From: an uncultured virus (IMG/VR IMGVR_UViG_3300027741_000028)
Lineage: Duplodnaviria > Heunggongvirae > Uroviricota > Caudoviricetes
IMG/VR virus record: IMGVR_UViG_3300027741_000028
Length of the DNA stretch: 58,062 bases
Reading direction: 5' to 3' (one strand)
In this document: one piece after another, positions 47,096-56,429 of the stretch
Layout: the number at the start of each line of letters is the position of its first letter
Numbering within the stretch: the first letter of the stretch is position 1
Position numbers and translations under genes: made by a program
Notes under the pieces: generated by a model
Database searches by the model: none
What the model was told of the DNA's origin: nothing
What the model saw: only the letters and a program-made list of their open reading frames with translations

Positions 47096-48418
47096 TTAAG
47101 CCTGAACGGGTGTACTTTCTTTTGATATTTCAACAAGGCATAGATATTTGCCATCACCTGTTATATTGTGTCTGATAGCAGTCACCAGATATTTACCTGA
47201 ATACAATTTATCCAATTTTCTGTTTGCTCCACCAATATACGATAATAAATCAAAATTAATTGTATCACCAGCAGATAACAAAGAGTTTCCAGGAATTTTT
47301 ATTTTTAATTTTGTATGATTAATCAAAGCTAATTGAGCAGTTCTATTTGGTACTGTTTTTTCTATGAAGATATCTTCTGCAACAGAAAGTTGAGCATCTT
47401 TTGGCAATTTGTGTTTTTGATTTGAGTTGCTTGTCACCACTTTCAAAGAACCAGCATAAGCTTCATTCTGTGTTAATCCTAATCTATTTCTGGAAGCACT
47501 TAGTAGATTTCCTGGATTCATTTTTGAAGCAGTACCTTTATACTTATTGTAATCAAAATCAGTAACTGTTCTCGTTCTTGTTATTGGATCTAAAGAGATA
47601 AGCCTATTTGCAAAACTTCCACTTTTAATTTCATCCAAACTATCAAATGTTTTAATAAATTCAACATCTAAAACAGAAATACTACTTTCATTAAATGATT
47701 GACCAGTAAGACTTTTTTGGTCATATTTATATGTAGCAATTGGTTCCTGTTGATATAATGTACCCAATGATTGAAAATAGAAACCCCAAACAGTTTCGAA
47801 GAATAACATATCAGCACCACCATTAACTGATGGTAAAGCATACGTAGATAACCAGCTTATTGCTTCAAGTGGTTTTTTCGTTGGAATAATAAAATCATAT
47901 TTACCAATGGTGTCTTGTATGATTGAATTTTTTGTACTACCAACCTTCAAATAATCTCTTAAAATACCTCTAATCATATTAGATATTTCCATACCTTTGT
48001 ATGATTTAACAATTTTAATTTGTTCTGATAATAACAATTCTTCTGAACAAAAATGTAAATCTAAAAATTCACTGGCCAAGTTACCTATAGGGTCTCTTTT
48101 TGGTATTGAATATAATCTAAAAGTTTGTGCAGGTCTAGGGTCGCCTCTGGATCTACCAAAATCTATTGTAAGAAATTCTTTACCTGTTAGTCCAAATCGT
48201 TCAACAATACCAGCCGCATCTTTCAATCTAAGATGACCGGAAACAACAAAACTAAAAATATCTTCATAATATGAAAAATCAATTAATAATCCTTTGATGT
48301 TTTGTTTTGAACCATCAGCAAATACAATAGATAAGTCATCAATAGCACCAAATTGCGGAAAATAATCTACACCGGCGGGTGAATCAACTAAATTTGGACC
48401 TGTATCATTAATAGCCAT
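47096..48418 (-). CDS. Baseplate hub protein, gp27-like
   Basis: YEDIFS..VSG.L...D, LFFET and SGKYLVTAIRH motifs; lies between gp53 and gp5. Confidence 0.7.
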   Translation of the reverse strand: MAINDTGPNLVDSPAGVDYFPQFGAIDDLSIVFADGSKQNIKGLLIDFSYYEDIFSFVVSGHLRLKDAAGIVERFGLTGKEFLTIDFGRSRGDPRPAQTFRLYSIPKRDPIGNLASEFLDLHFCSEELLLSEQIKIVKSYKGMEISNMIRGILRDYLKVGSTKNSIIQDTIGKYDFIIPTKKPLEAISWLSTYALPSVNGGADMLFFETVWGFYFQSLGTLYQQEPIATYKYDQKSLTGQSFNESSISVLDVEFIKTFDSLDEIKSGSFANRLISLDPITRTRTVTDFDYNKYKGTASKMNPGNLLSASRNRLGLTQNEAYAGSLKVVTSNSNQKHKLPKDAQLSVAEDIFIEKTVPNRTAQLALINHTKLKIKIPGNSLLSAGDTINFDLLSYIGGANRKLDKLYSGKYLVTAIRHNITGDGKYLCLVEISKESTPVQA

Positions 48419-48428
48419 TATTATCCTT

Positions 48429-49025
48429 TTATACCAACATCAATTTTTTGAATTCATCTTCAAGTTGTGTAACATATGATTTATTAATCAATTTGATACT
48501 TCTTTTACTTTCGTTCATAATCAATTCATAATCAAAATTAGAAATAGCCATTTTTTTTACGGCAACTGAAACTGTACCTGTTGTAAAATCATAAAAATTT
48601 ATTGATTCTAGTAAACTATTATATTCATCTTCATCAATAACAAAATTCTCAACAGTCACAGTATTTGTTGAAATATCTTTTTTTGTTACAATTTTTTCAT
48701 AATGATTTATTTGATTAAGTTCTTCTGGAGTATATTTTGCATTAACATAATTGTTAAAATCTTTATTATTCAAAGGCCATTCCCATAGGGGGTCAACTAT
48801 TTGGTTTGCAAATAAAACTATCCAAAATTGGTCAACACTACCATAATATTTGTGTGAAATTATTTCAGGTGTGTCACCTTCCTGAATATCATACTCATAA
48901 AAAACCAATGGATTTGTCAACAAACTCTGAACAACAGATGCTCGAGCCATTAAATTTGTAAAAAGTGTTGACTTATTATTTGGGTCTGTTATAATTATTT
49001 TTGGTAATGTTTGAAAATATTGCAT
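48429..49025 (-). CDS. gp53: Baseplate wedge subunit (start reassigned to MQYFQTLPK)
   Basis: LysM-like YDIQEGDTPEIISHKYYG...WIVLFAN.IVDP..EWP and NESKRSIKL motifs. Confidence 0.88.
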   Translation of the reverse strand: MQYFQTLPKIIITDPNNKSTLFTNLMARASVVQSLLTNPLVFYEYDIQEGDTPEIISHKYYGSVDQFWIVLFANQIVDPLWEWPLNNKDFNNYVNAKYTPEELNQINHYEKIVTKKDISTNTVTVENFVIDEDEYNSLLESINFYDFTTGTVSVAVKKMAISNFDYELIMNESKRSIKLINKSYVTQLEDEFKKLMLV

Positions 49026-49026
49026 T

Positions 49027-49950
49027 TTAATATCCGTTTTCAATATCATCTCTAGTCACTAATTCTAATTCTTTAAATGTTAATGACATTGTAGTTTGAA
49101 CTGGTGCTCCGCCTTTATGTGCTGACCATCCATTCGGTGCATAATTCACTGTTACATTTTCCAGAACAGACCTTTTAAATTTATGAAGATATGTATTTGG
49201 TTTTTCACCATTATAGTATGTTATATTAAATTGTGAAGGTGGTATAAAAAAGAAACCAAGAATACCACCAATATTTGGTGCTGCATTTTTTCTAAATGTT
49301 TGAACAATATTTTTGACAGCCTCTGCTTCACTTTCAGAATAAGGAGTGAATGTAAAGGTCATTTCAAATGACCTAAAATCTATACCTTCAAACATAAGTT
49401 GTTCTTGTGGATTGAAAACATAACCAATTTTATTTAATCCTAATCTCAATAGTGAAGAACCACCTTTATCAATATAACTACTTGCTTTTTTAATTGCTCC
49501 AAAAGATAAATCACCTAAAGCATCAATAAATGATTCTTTACCATATTGAGCACTCTCATTTAAATTCACTTCTTCTGGAATATATAATGCTATTTGTTCT
49601 CCGGGAACTGTATCTGTAGCTACATTAAATCTAGTAAATCCTTCCTGATTGGAATCTAATTTATTTAAAACTCCATCTGTTGAATTAATTGTTTTTCCAT
49701 TACTTGCAAAATTCTGAGCAAGAGTTGCACCACCACCAAGTTGTTGATATTGTGCATTACCATTTGCATCATAACCAATAACTGAACTGTTTAACGCAGC
49801 ATTTTGTGTGGTGTTGGTATCTAATTGTCCAGATGTTTTGAACACATTGAATATTATGTAATGATTCTTTGCAGAGGAACCCAAATCCAACGGATAACTT
49901 AGATTCGAACTTTGACTTTTTTGTGCTAATGCTGCAAGTGGAGCTGTCAT
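49027..49950 (-). CDS. gp48: Baseplate tail tube cap
   Basis: YPLDL, NPQEQLMFEGIDFRSF.M.F.F.P.SE.EA and PVQTTMSLTFKE motifs; divergent from gp4. Confidence 0.85.
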   Translation of the reverse strand: MTAPLAALAQKSQSSNLSYPLDLGSSAKNHYIIFNVFKTSGQLDTNTTQNAALNSSVIGYDANGNAQYQQLGGGATLAQNFASNGKTINSTDGVLNKLDSNQEGFTRFNVATDTVPGEQIALYIPEEVNLNESAQYGKESFIDALGDLSFGAIKKASSYIDKGGSSLLRLGLNKIGYVFNPQEQLMFEGIDFRSFEMTFTFTPYSESEAEAVKNIVQTFRKNAAPNIGGILGFFFIPPSQFNITYYNGEKPNTYLHKFKRSVLENVTVNYAPNGWSAHKGGAPVQTTMSLTFKELELVTRDDIENGY

Positions 49951-49984
49951 TTTATTCCTTGTTTTTTAGAAAAACGCTATATAC

Positions 49985-49992
49985 TATTTATG
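49985..49992 (-). promoter_or_regulatory. Late promoter variant CATAAATA driving the leftward baseplate operon
   Basis: 7/8 match 35 nt upstream of gp48, overlapping the gp4 start codon on the opposite strand. Confidence 0.6.
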
Positions 49993-50424
49993 GCATATTC
50001 AGGACAATTTAAACCTTCAAATCCTCAAAAATACGTTGGGGACTATAAAAACATCATATATCGCTCTTCTTGGGAAGCAAGAGTGATGAATTGGCTCGAC
50101 AAAAATCCAAGTATTGTGTCTTGGGCATCAGAAGAAGTTGTTGTACCTTACATTTCTCCAGTTGATGGAAGATGGCACAGATACTTTCCAGATTTCGTGG
50201 TCAAGGTCAAAGATAAGAATGGTACATTGAAAACCATGATGTTAGAAGTTAAACCAAAGAAACAAACCAAAGCACCTGAACAACAAAGACGAGTTACCAA
50301 AAGGTACATTACTGAGGTCACTACTTGGGGTGTCAATCAAGCCAAATGGAAGGCTGCAACCGAGTACTGTTTAGACCGAAATTGGGAATTCAAACTGATT
50401 ACCGAAGACCACCTTGGACTCTAA
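49990..50424 (+). CDS. gp4: Head completion nuclease (TnsA-like fold)
   Basis: NPQKYVGD, YRSSWE, WASEE, HRYFPDF, EVKP and NQAKW motifs. Confidence 0.93.
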   Translation: MAYSGQFKPSNPQKYVGDYKNIIYRSSWEARVMNWLDKNPSIVSWASEEVVVPYISPVDGRWHRYFPDFVVKVKDKNGTLKTMMLEVKPKKQTKAPEQQRRVTKRYITEVTTWGVNQAKWKAATEYCLDRNWEFKLITEDHLGL

Positions 50425-50435
50425 CTAAATAAGGC

Positions 50436-51074
50436 ATGGCTACAAAACCCTCACTCCTTACCACACTTGCTGAAGAAAAATCTGTTGCAGAGTTGCACAC
50501 GATGAGCCGTGAGTCATTGAGATGGCTGGCACAAAAGGTTGCAAACCTGAAAAATCCAACATCTATTTCTATTCCTATGACCAAAGAAAAGAACAGGTAT
50601 GTTCCAAGGAAGGCAATACCTGTACCTAGAGTCAATCGGAAATTTAGAATTGGTAGTATGTATTTCTTTGTTTATGATCCAAAAGGTAAGAATGAATTGG
50701 ATTATTATGACAGATTTCCATTGGTAATACCACTTGAATCATATCCGGATGGTTTCTTAGGTTTAAATATACATTATCTACCAATGCGGTACAGACTTGC
50801 ACTTATGCGTAAACTGATGCCAAGAGCTATCCTAAACGATGACAATGAGATTATGCGTTTGCGTATATCATATGAAATCCTAGACGCCACCAGACGATAT
50901 AAAGAGTTTAGGCCCTGTGTCAAACGATATCTGTATTCACATATAAGGTCTAGGATACTTGCCGTTGAACCTGAAGAATGGGATATTGCCATGTATTTAC
51001 CAGTACAACAGTTCAAAAAAGCCACGGCAGCAAAAGTCTGGAAAGAATCAGTAGAAGAAATAAGGAAGTCATAA
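50436..51074 (+). CDS. gp2: DNA end protector protein
   Basis: MYFFVYDPK...YYDRFPLV...GFLGLNIHYLP...KRYLYSH motifs. Confidence 0.9.
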   Translation: MATKPSLLTTLAEEKSVAELHTMSRESLRWLAQKVANLKNPTSISIPMTKEKNRYVPRKAIPVPRVNRKFRIGSMYFFVYDPKGKNELDYYDRFPLVIPLESYPDGFLGLNIHYLPMRYRLALMRKLMPRAILNDDNEIMRLRISYEILDATRRYKEFRPCVKRYLYSHIRSRILAVEPEEWDIAMYLPVQQFKKATAAKVWKESVEEIRKS

Positions 51075-51605
51075 ATGGCAGAAGTATCAGCATTATCAAA
51101 TTTATTAAATAATATAATAAACCCAGCAAAAGCGAATCGTTTTCTCGTTAGAATTGTAGGATCTAATGAAAAAAGTGAATATCAATATCGTATTGGTGAA
51201 GGAACTCAATATCTTTGTCACACAGCACAATTGCCTGGTAAAACTTTTGCAACACTTGAACAAAAAACATATGGACCTATTCAAAAATTCCCATACTTGA
51301 CAACATATAATGATTTGGATTTGACTTTTTATGTATCTGCAAAACAAAGAAACATATATGATGACTTCACTGAATGGATGAACGTTATTAATCCAATTGA
51401 TACCAATGATTTTGCTTATAGAGTGAATTATCAATCAGATATCATCGTAACACAATATGATGATAATACGAATGTAATCAAAGAAATAAAATTTGTTGAA
51501 GCATATCCAATATCAATGAATCAGTTGGATTTGGATTGGAGTTCTGAAACATTTCAAAATTTAACTGTTAGTTTTGCATATACCCGTTGGGAAAAAATTA
51601 TATAA
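51075..51605 (+). CDS. Tail tube family protein (gp54-like tube initiator / gp19 fold)
   Basis: AQLPGK, EAYPISM...LDW and LTVSFAYTRW motifs; between gp2 and gp26. Confidence 0.75.
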   Translation: MAEVSALSNLLNNIINPAKANRFLVRIVGSNEKSEYQYRIGEGTQYLCHTAQLPGKTFATLEQKTYGPIQKFPYLTTYNDLDLTFYVSAKQRNIYDDFTEWMNVINPIDTNDFAYRVNYQSDIIVTQYDDNTNVIKEIKFVEAYPISMNQLDLDWSSETFQNLTVSFAYTRWEKII

Positions 51606-51626
51606 ATTTATTATTAAGGAGTTATT

Positions 51627-52364
51627 ATGGCTTTACCAAAAATTGATGTGCCGACTTATGAGGTTGAGTTACCACTTTCAAAGAAAAAAATTAAATATCG
51701 TCCATTCTTAGTCAAAGAACAGAGAAATCTTTTGATGGCCATGGAAGGTGATGATTCTGCAACAGTACATTCTGCAATACGTGATATTCTTTATAATTGT
51801 ACTTTGACTGAAAATATTGATATTGATAAATTGCCCATCATTGATGTGGAATATTACTTTATTCATCTTAGAGCAAAGTCTGTAGGTGAGGTTGTAGAGT
51901 CGAAATATCGTTGCAATAATCTAGTGACTGACGATAAAGGTACACATGAATGCCGAAATATTATGGAAAGTTCTTTGAACCTTTTAGAGGTTAAAGTTGA
52001 AAAGAAAGATGATGTTTCTGATGAAATTAAATTGAATGAAAATTTATCAATCAAATTGAAATATCCGGAGTTTGGTATAATTAAAGATTCTATGCAATAC
52101 AGTAATGAAGATGAACTGACATTTGTTATGTTGGCTCAAAGCATTGAATACATTTATGACGGCGACCAATTCTATTATTCACATGAAACACCACTTAACG
52201 AATTGATTGAATTTGTTGAAACTATGCCACCTGAATCATTTGCCAAAGTAGAAGAATTCTTTAACAATCTACCAAAGTTAAAAGAAAAAATTGAAATGAC
52301 TTGTAAAAAATGTAGTTACCACCATGTAATTGAGGTGGAGGGACTTGAAAGTTTTTTCGTATAA
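51627..52364 (+). CDS. gp26: Baseplate hub assembly protein
   Basis: MALPK...YRPFLVKE, LRAKSVGE, CxxC and terminal EGLESFF motifs; SD AAGGAG. Confidence 0.88.
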   Translation: MALPKIDVPTYEVELPLSKKKIKYRPFLVKEQRNLLMAMEGDDSATVHSAIRDILYNCTLTENIDIDKLPIIDVEYYFIHLRAKSVGEVVESKYRCNNLVTDDKGTHECRNIMESSLNLLEVKVEKKDDVSDEIKLNENLSIKLKYPEFGIIKDSMQYSNEDELTFVMLAQSIEYIYDGDQFYYSHETPLNELIEFVETMPPESFAKVEEFFNNLPKLKEKIEMTCKKCSYHHVIEVEGLESFFV

Positions 52365-52546
52365 CCTTTCGCCATGATAACTTGAGAAATCATTATAAAA
52401 CAAATTTCTCATTAATGCAACATCACAAGTATAGTTTGACAGAATTAGATAATATGATGCCATGGGAAAGGGAAATATATGTTGCAATGTTGATACAGTA
52501 TATTGAGGAAGAAAATCAAAAGATAAAAGAAAGGATGAAAAGGTAA
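52352..52546 (+). CDS. gp51: gp51-like baseplate hub assembly protein (first ATG at 52415; frame open from the slippery site; absent from the ORF track)
   Basis: Reads FFRITFRHDNLRNHYKTNFSL-MQHHKYSLTELDNMMPWEREIYVAMLIQYIEEENQKIKERMKR*. Confidence 0.8.
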   Translation, partial: FFRITFRHDNLRNHYKTNFSLMQHHKYSLTELDNMMPWEREIYVAMLIQYIEEENQKIKERMKR

Positions 52547-52548
52547 AA

Positions 52549-54360
52549 ATGGCGAGAGGAAGTACATCAAATCCTACACAAAATGCTCAACCAGCAGCTG
52601 CTCCTCAAACTCAATCTAATAATCCTAAAGATAATAACGATAAACCTAAAGAAACACCTGAACCACAAGAAGAAACTAAACAAAATGCCAAAAAGATGGG
52701 ATGGAAAGACATTGGTGGTCGCCTCTTAAAATTAGCTTCATCCGACTTTGGTTATAAAGGACCTGAAGGTGGCCACTTTAATTTGTTAGGACTTTTTTCA
52801 CGAAAAGAATCAAATGAAAGTGAAGAAACAGCCAAAAAAACAAAACTTACACCTAAAGAACTTTTAGGTATGATTTATAAAGCAATGGTTAAGCTTGATA
52901 CATATAGAAAATTACAATATCAAGAGACTAAAAATCATTTGCAAGAACAAAATCAAGATAAAAATAGAAAACATAAACAAATAATCAAAGCTTTAATGGG
53001 ATTGGTTCCTAAAAAATCAGAAGAAGAACCAAAAGAAAAAGCAAACACTGCAAATATTCCAGCCTCTACATCAGGAACACCTGGAACACCACCAGTCAAA
53101 CCACCAATCTTGCCTATACCTGGTGGTAGATTACCTGGCCAGTCACATCAAGAAACGAATACAGCACCTGTTGCATCACCAAAAAATGCAAATGCATCAC
53201 AACAAACTACAGCACAAATTGAAAAAACTCAGACGGCAGAACCAGTATCTTATACTGCGGCTACAGTAACAAGTGGATTTGGTTCTAGATTAGATCCATA
53301 TAATTCAAATAGAACTGAAAATCATCAAGGTGTAGACCTTCGTGCTCCAGTTGGAACAAAAGTATATTCAAAAGGACCTGGTACAGTTAGTGAAGTTAAT
53401 GAAAGTCCCGAAAATGGAAAATTTATAAAAATTCAATATGATGATGGTCGTAATGGAGAATACTTACATTTGAGTGATACGTCTGTTGTTAAAAAAGGAG
53501 ATAAGGTTGGTGCTGGTACTCTTATTGCAAAAACAGGAAACACAGGTCATTCCAAATATCCACACCTTCATTTTGGAGTACGTGACAGTCAAGGCAAATC
53601 AATACAGCCTAGTAAAGAAGAAATGGAATATACTTTAAATCCACCAGAAGTTGTGAATAAACGCAAGGAAGAACAAAAATCTCCTCCAAAAAAAGAAGCA
53701 GTTGATAATAATAGTGTCAATCCCAAAAATGCATCACCTGTATCACCTACAACTGCATCTGTAGATAATTCTGCATCAAAAGTTCCTGAACTTATGCCTG
53801 ATGGAAAGGTTCAATTACAAGATAATGACTTTGGTTATTCTGGATTTTTAGCAAAAGCATTTTCTAAAGTAGATCCAAATAAGTTGCAAAGGGATTATAA
53901 AGGTAATTGGTATTATGAAGATGGTACTTTGGTAACTGACCAAAAGAAAAAAAACTCTGCCGAAAGAAGATGGATATTCAATACATATGGTCTTTTAGCT
54001 GGAACAAAAATTGATGCGAAAGAATTAAAAACAATTGGATTGACCGGAGAAGCAATAAAAAATACTGACGGACTTTGGTATATTATAAATGATAATAAAG
54101 AAACAATTGTTAAAGATAAAGAAACAATAAACAAATTGGAAAAAATTGGTAAGTCAAAGTTTGTTGCATCATTAGAAAATAACATTGGTGACACAGTTGA
54201 TACATTGTCTTTTGAAAATAAAAATTATAAACAAGATTTGATTGCATCTTCAAGTGAAACAACAAATAATCAAAATGTAATTATTATGAAGAAAAATAAT
54301 ATCAATATGAATAATGAAAAAGTTGACGATAATAATCCATATACTCAGAAATTAGGATAA
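52549..54360 (+). CDS. Tape-measure-like tail protein with M23 peptidase domain
   Basis: HQGVD (HxxxD), YLHL and HLHF (HxH) zinc-ligand motifs within a low-complexity protein; follows gp26/gp51. Confidence 0.8.
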   Translation: MARGSTSNPTQNAQPAAAPQTQSNNPKDNNDKPKETPEPQEETKQNAKKMGWKDIGGRLLKLASSDFGYKGPEGGHFNLLGLFSRKESNESEETAKKTKLTPKELLGMIYKAMVKLDTYRKLQYQETKNHLQEQNQDKNRKHKQIIKALMGLVPKKSEEEPKEKANTANIPASTSGTPGTPPVKPPILPIPGGRLPGQSHQETNTAPVASPKNANASQQTTAQIEKTQTAEPVSYTAATVTSGFGSRLDPYNSNRTENHQGVDLRAPVGTKVYSKGPGTVSEVNESPENGKFIKIQYDDGRNGEYLHLSDTSVVKKGDKVGAGTLIAKTGNTGHSKYPHLHFGVRDSQGKSIQPSKEEMEYTLNPPEVVNKRKEEQKSPPKKEAVDNNSVNPKNASPVSPTTASVDNSASKVPELMPDGKVQLQDNDFGYSGFLAKAFSKVDPNKLQRDYKGNWYYEDGTLVTDQKKKNSAERRWIFNTYGLLAGTKIDAKELKTIGLTGEAIKNTDGLWYIINDNKETIVKDKETINKLEKIGKSKFVASLENNIGDTVDTLSFENKNYKQDLIASSSETTNNQNVIIMKKNNINMNNEKVDDNNPYTQKLG

Positions 54361-54363
54361 CAA

Positions 54364-56370
54364 ATGGCTAAAGAGTTAAATTATCAACAAGCAGGTAGAA
54401 TAAGAGAACAATCTATTGGTTCTTTATTTGCTGACCAATTAATTGCTGGTAAAGGATACAAAGAAGGATTTAAGAATGTATTGAGTTTAAAATCAAAAGC
54501 AGTTTCAAAAGGTTTTAAAGAAAAATTTGATCCATTGAATATTGCAAAAGTTTTAACTGGTGGTTCTCGCCTTGGTCCTGCTTTGGTTGGTAAGATGCTT
54601 GGTCGTTCTAAGAAAGATATTGAATATTTTGCAGGCAGAGCTATGCCAATATTTGACAAGATATCACAAATATCACAAATGCAAGATAATGGAGATGAAG
54701 AATCTCCTAAAAGAACTAAAAATGATAAAAGTGACAATATCAAAGGTATAAAAACGGTATTGAATAAAATACTAACGTTTCTTAATAAAAGTTATGACAG
54801 AGAAGTTACTTTGCAAGAAAAAGAAAATAATTTTAAAGAATCCAATAAACTGGCAGATGATAGACGCCACAATGAAATGTTAAAAGTGTTGGCAGGAATT
54901 TCTGGTGGGAGTGGTGGTGAGGGAGAAAAACCTAAGAAAAAATTAGATATATTTAAATCGTTAAGAGATAAAATTAAATTAGCTGCAGGCAAAGCACTAG
55001 CTAAAACTGGTGTTAATGCAGCGGCTATTGCAACTACTAGAGCAACTACAACAGCCGCAACTGAAACTGTTTCTATAACAGCTGCAGAAATAGCAGCCAA
55101 AGAAGCAACCGCTGTTGTAGCTGCCAAAAAAATACTTGGTAGTGTTGCTAAATTTACTGCAACAAAAGTTATTCCTGGTGTGACACTTGCTTATGGTATG
55201 TGGGAGGCCGCCAAATCTGCTATGGATGGTGATTTATATGGTGCCTTTTTACACGCTGCTTCTGCTGGCATAGGCACAGTTCCTTATTTCACACTTCATC
55301 CACTTGCAGTTGCTGGTGGTATGGCAGCTTCCGGTGCTATTGACATATATGCAGCTACAAGAGAAGTTTACAAAGAAGTTTGGGGTAATTATCCAGAAAA
55401 AGATAAAGGCAATAAAGATTTTGGTAGTAAATTGAAAGTTGTAACTGATGCAGTACAAAATATAGTTGGGCCATCTAAGAAATGGGAAAACGGCAAACCA
55501 CCGACAGAAGAAGTTATGCCACAACACATTCAGGATCGTATGACAACTATAAAGTCATTAAATGACGAAATTTCTCAGGCCCGTAACAAACGTATGTCCG
55601 CCAACAAATATGGAAGTTATGATAATATTCGATCCCTTGAAGAAAAAAGAGATACACACCAAATAGAATTGGATAAAGAATTAAAAAAATTTCGAGAAGA
55701 AAATAATGATACCAACAAAACACAAGATGTAAGTAAACAATCTGCTACTCCAGTTAGTAATGATAATAATAAATTTCCAGCTGAGTGGGGTGTACCTGAT
55801 AATTATCAATTACCAACAGGTTGGTCAAAAGATGAAATCCAAAAAGAAATAGTTAACAGAGGTTATGTATATAATAAAAAAGATAATGATTGGATAAATC
55901 CAAAAGAATATGAATATAATCCTAAAGACCCACAAAGCAAAAGATTTATGGGTAAATGGAAATTAAATTCTGATGGAACATACACTAGGACATATAACCA
56001 TAATGGATTGAATGTTGAAACTTTGAGTAAAGATTTAGAAGTAATAAAATCTATTAATTTAGGTGCATTGGATAAAAAATCTTTAACTTCTCCTATAAGT
56101 AATGATTCGCAAGATATTCAAACAGCAATGGCAAAATCAGAACCTGTGGATAATACCAATAAAATATATGATACACTTGACCAGAAACAGATGGCAAATC
56201 TAGATTTAAATATTAATAAAAATACACCTACAAATCAAAGTTCTACACAAAAAGATAATGTTCTAATGGCTAAAAATGATGAAAGTGTTCCAGAAAAACC
56301 TTTATCACAAATATCATCCAGAAATTTGGCTTTGACAAAAACAATATCCAATCTAACAGTTACGGTTTAA
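54364..56370 (+). CDS. Second tape-measure-like (gp29-like) protein
   Basis: Helical, Ala/Gly-rich hydrophobic central region with charged flanks; position in the hub operon. Confidence 0.6.
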   Translation: MAKELNYQQAGRIREQSIGSLFADQLIAGKGYKEGFKNVLSLKSKAVSKGFKEKFDPLNIAKVLTGGSRLGPALVGKMLGRSKKDIEYFAGRAMPIFDKISQISQMQDNGDEESPKRTKNDKSDNIKGIKTVLNKILTFLNKSYDREVTLQEKENNFKESNKLADDRRHNEMLKVLAGISGGSGGEGEKPKKKLDIFKSLRDKIKLAAGKALAKTGVNAAAIATTRATTTAATETVSITAAEIAAKEATAVVAAKKILGSVAKFTATKVIPGVTLAYGMWEAAKSAMDGDLYGAFLHAASAGIGTVPYFTLHPLAVAGGMAASGAIDIYAATREVYKEVWGNYPEKDKGNKDFGSKLKVVTDAVQNIVGPSKKWENGKPPTEEVMPQHIQDRMTTIKSLNDEISQARNKRMSANKYGSYDNIRSLEEKRDTHQIELDKELKKFREENNDTNKTQDVSKQSATPVSNDNNKFPAEWGVPDNYQLPTGWSKDEIQKEIVNRGYVYNKKDNDWINPKEYEYNPKDPQSKRFMGKWKLNSDGTYTRTYNHNGLNVETLSKDLEVIKSINLGALDKKSLTSPISNDSQDIQTAMAKSEPVDNTNKIYDTLDQKQMANLDLNINKNTPTNQSSTQKDNVLMAKNDESVPEKPLSQISSRNLALTKTISNLTVTV

Positions 56371-56375
56371 CCAAT

Positions 56376-56398
56376 AAAAAACCCCGCCGAAGCGGGGT
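56376..56398 (-). terminator. Rho-independent terminator with C(UUCG)G tetraloop after gene 32
   Basis: Minus strand reads ACCCCGC-TTCG-GCGGGGT-TTTTT, between convergent genes. Confidence 0.9.
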
Positions 56399-56429
56399 CT
56401 AAACAAAGTTCTGAGAAAGGAGCTTTTGT

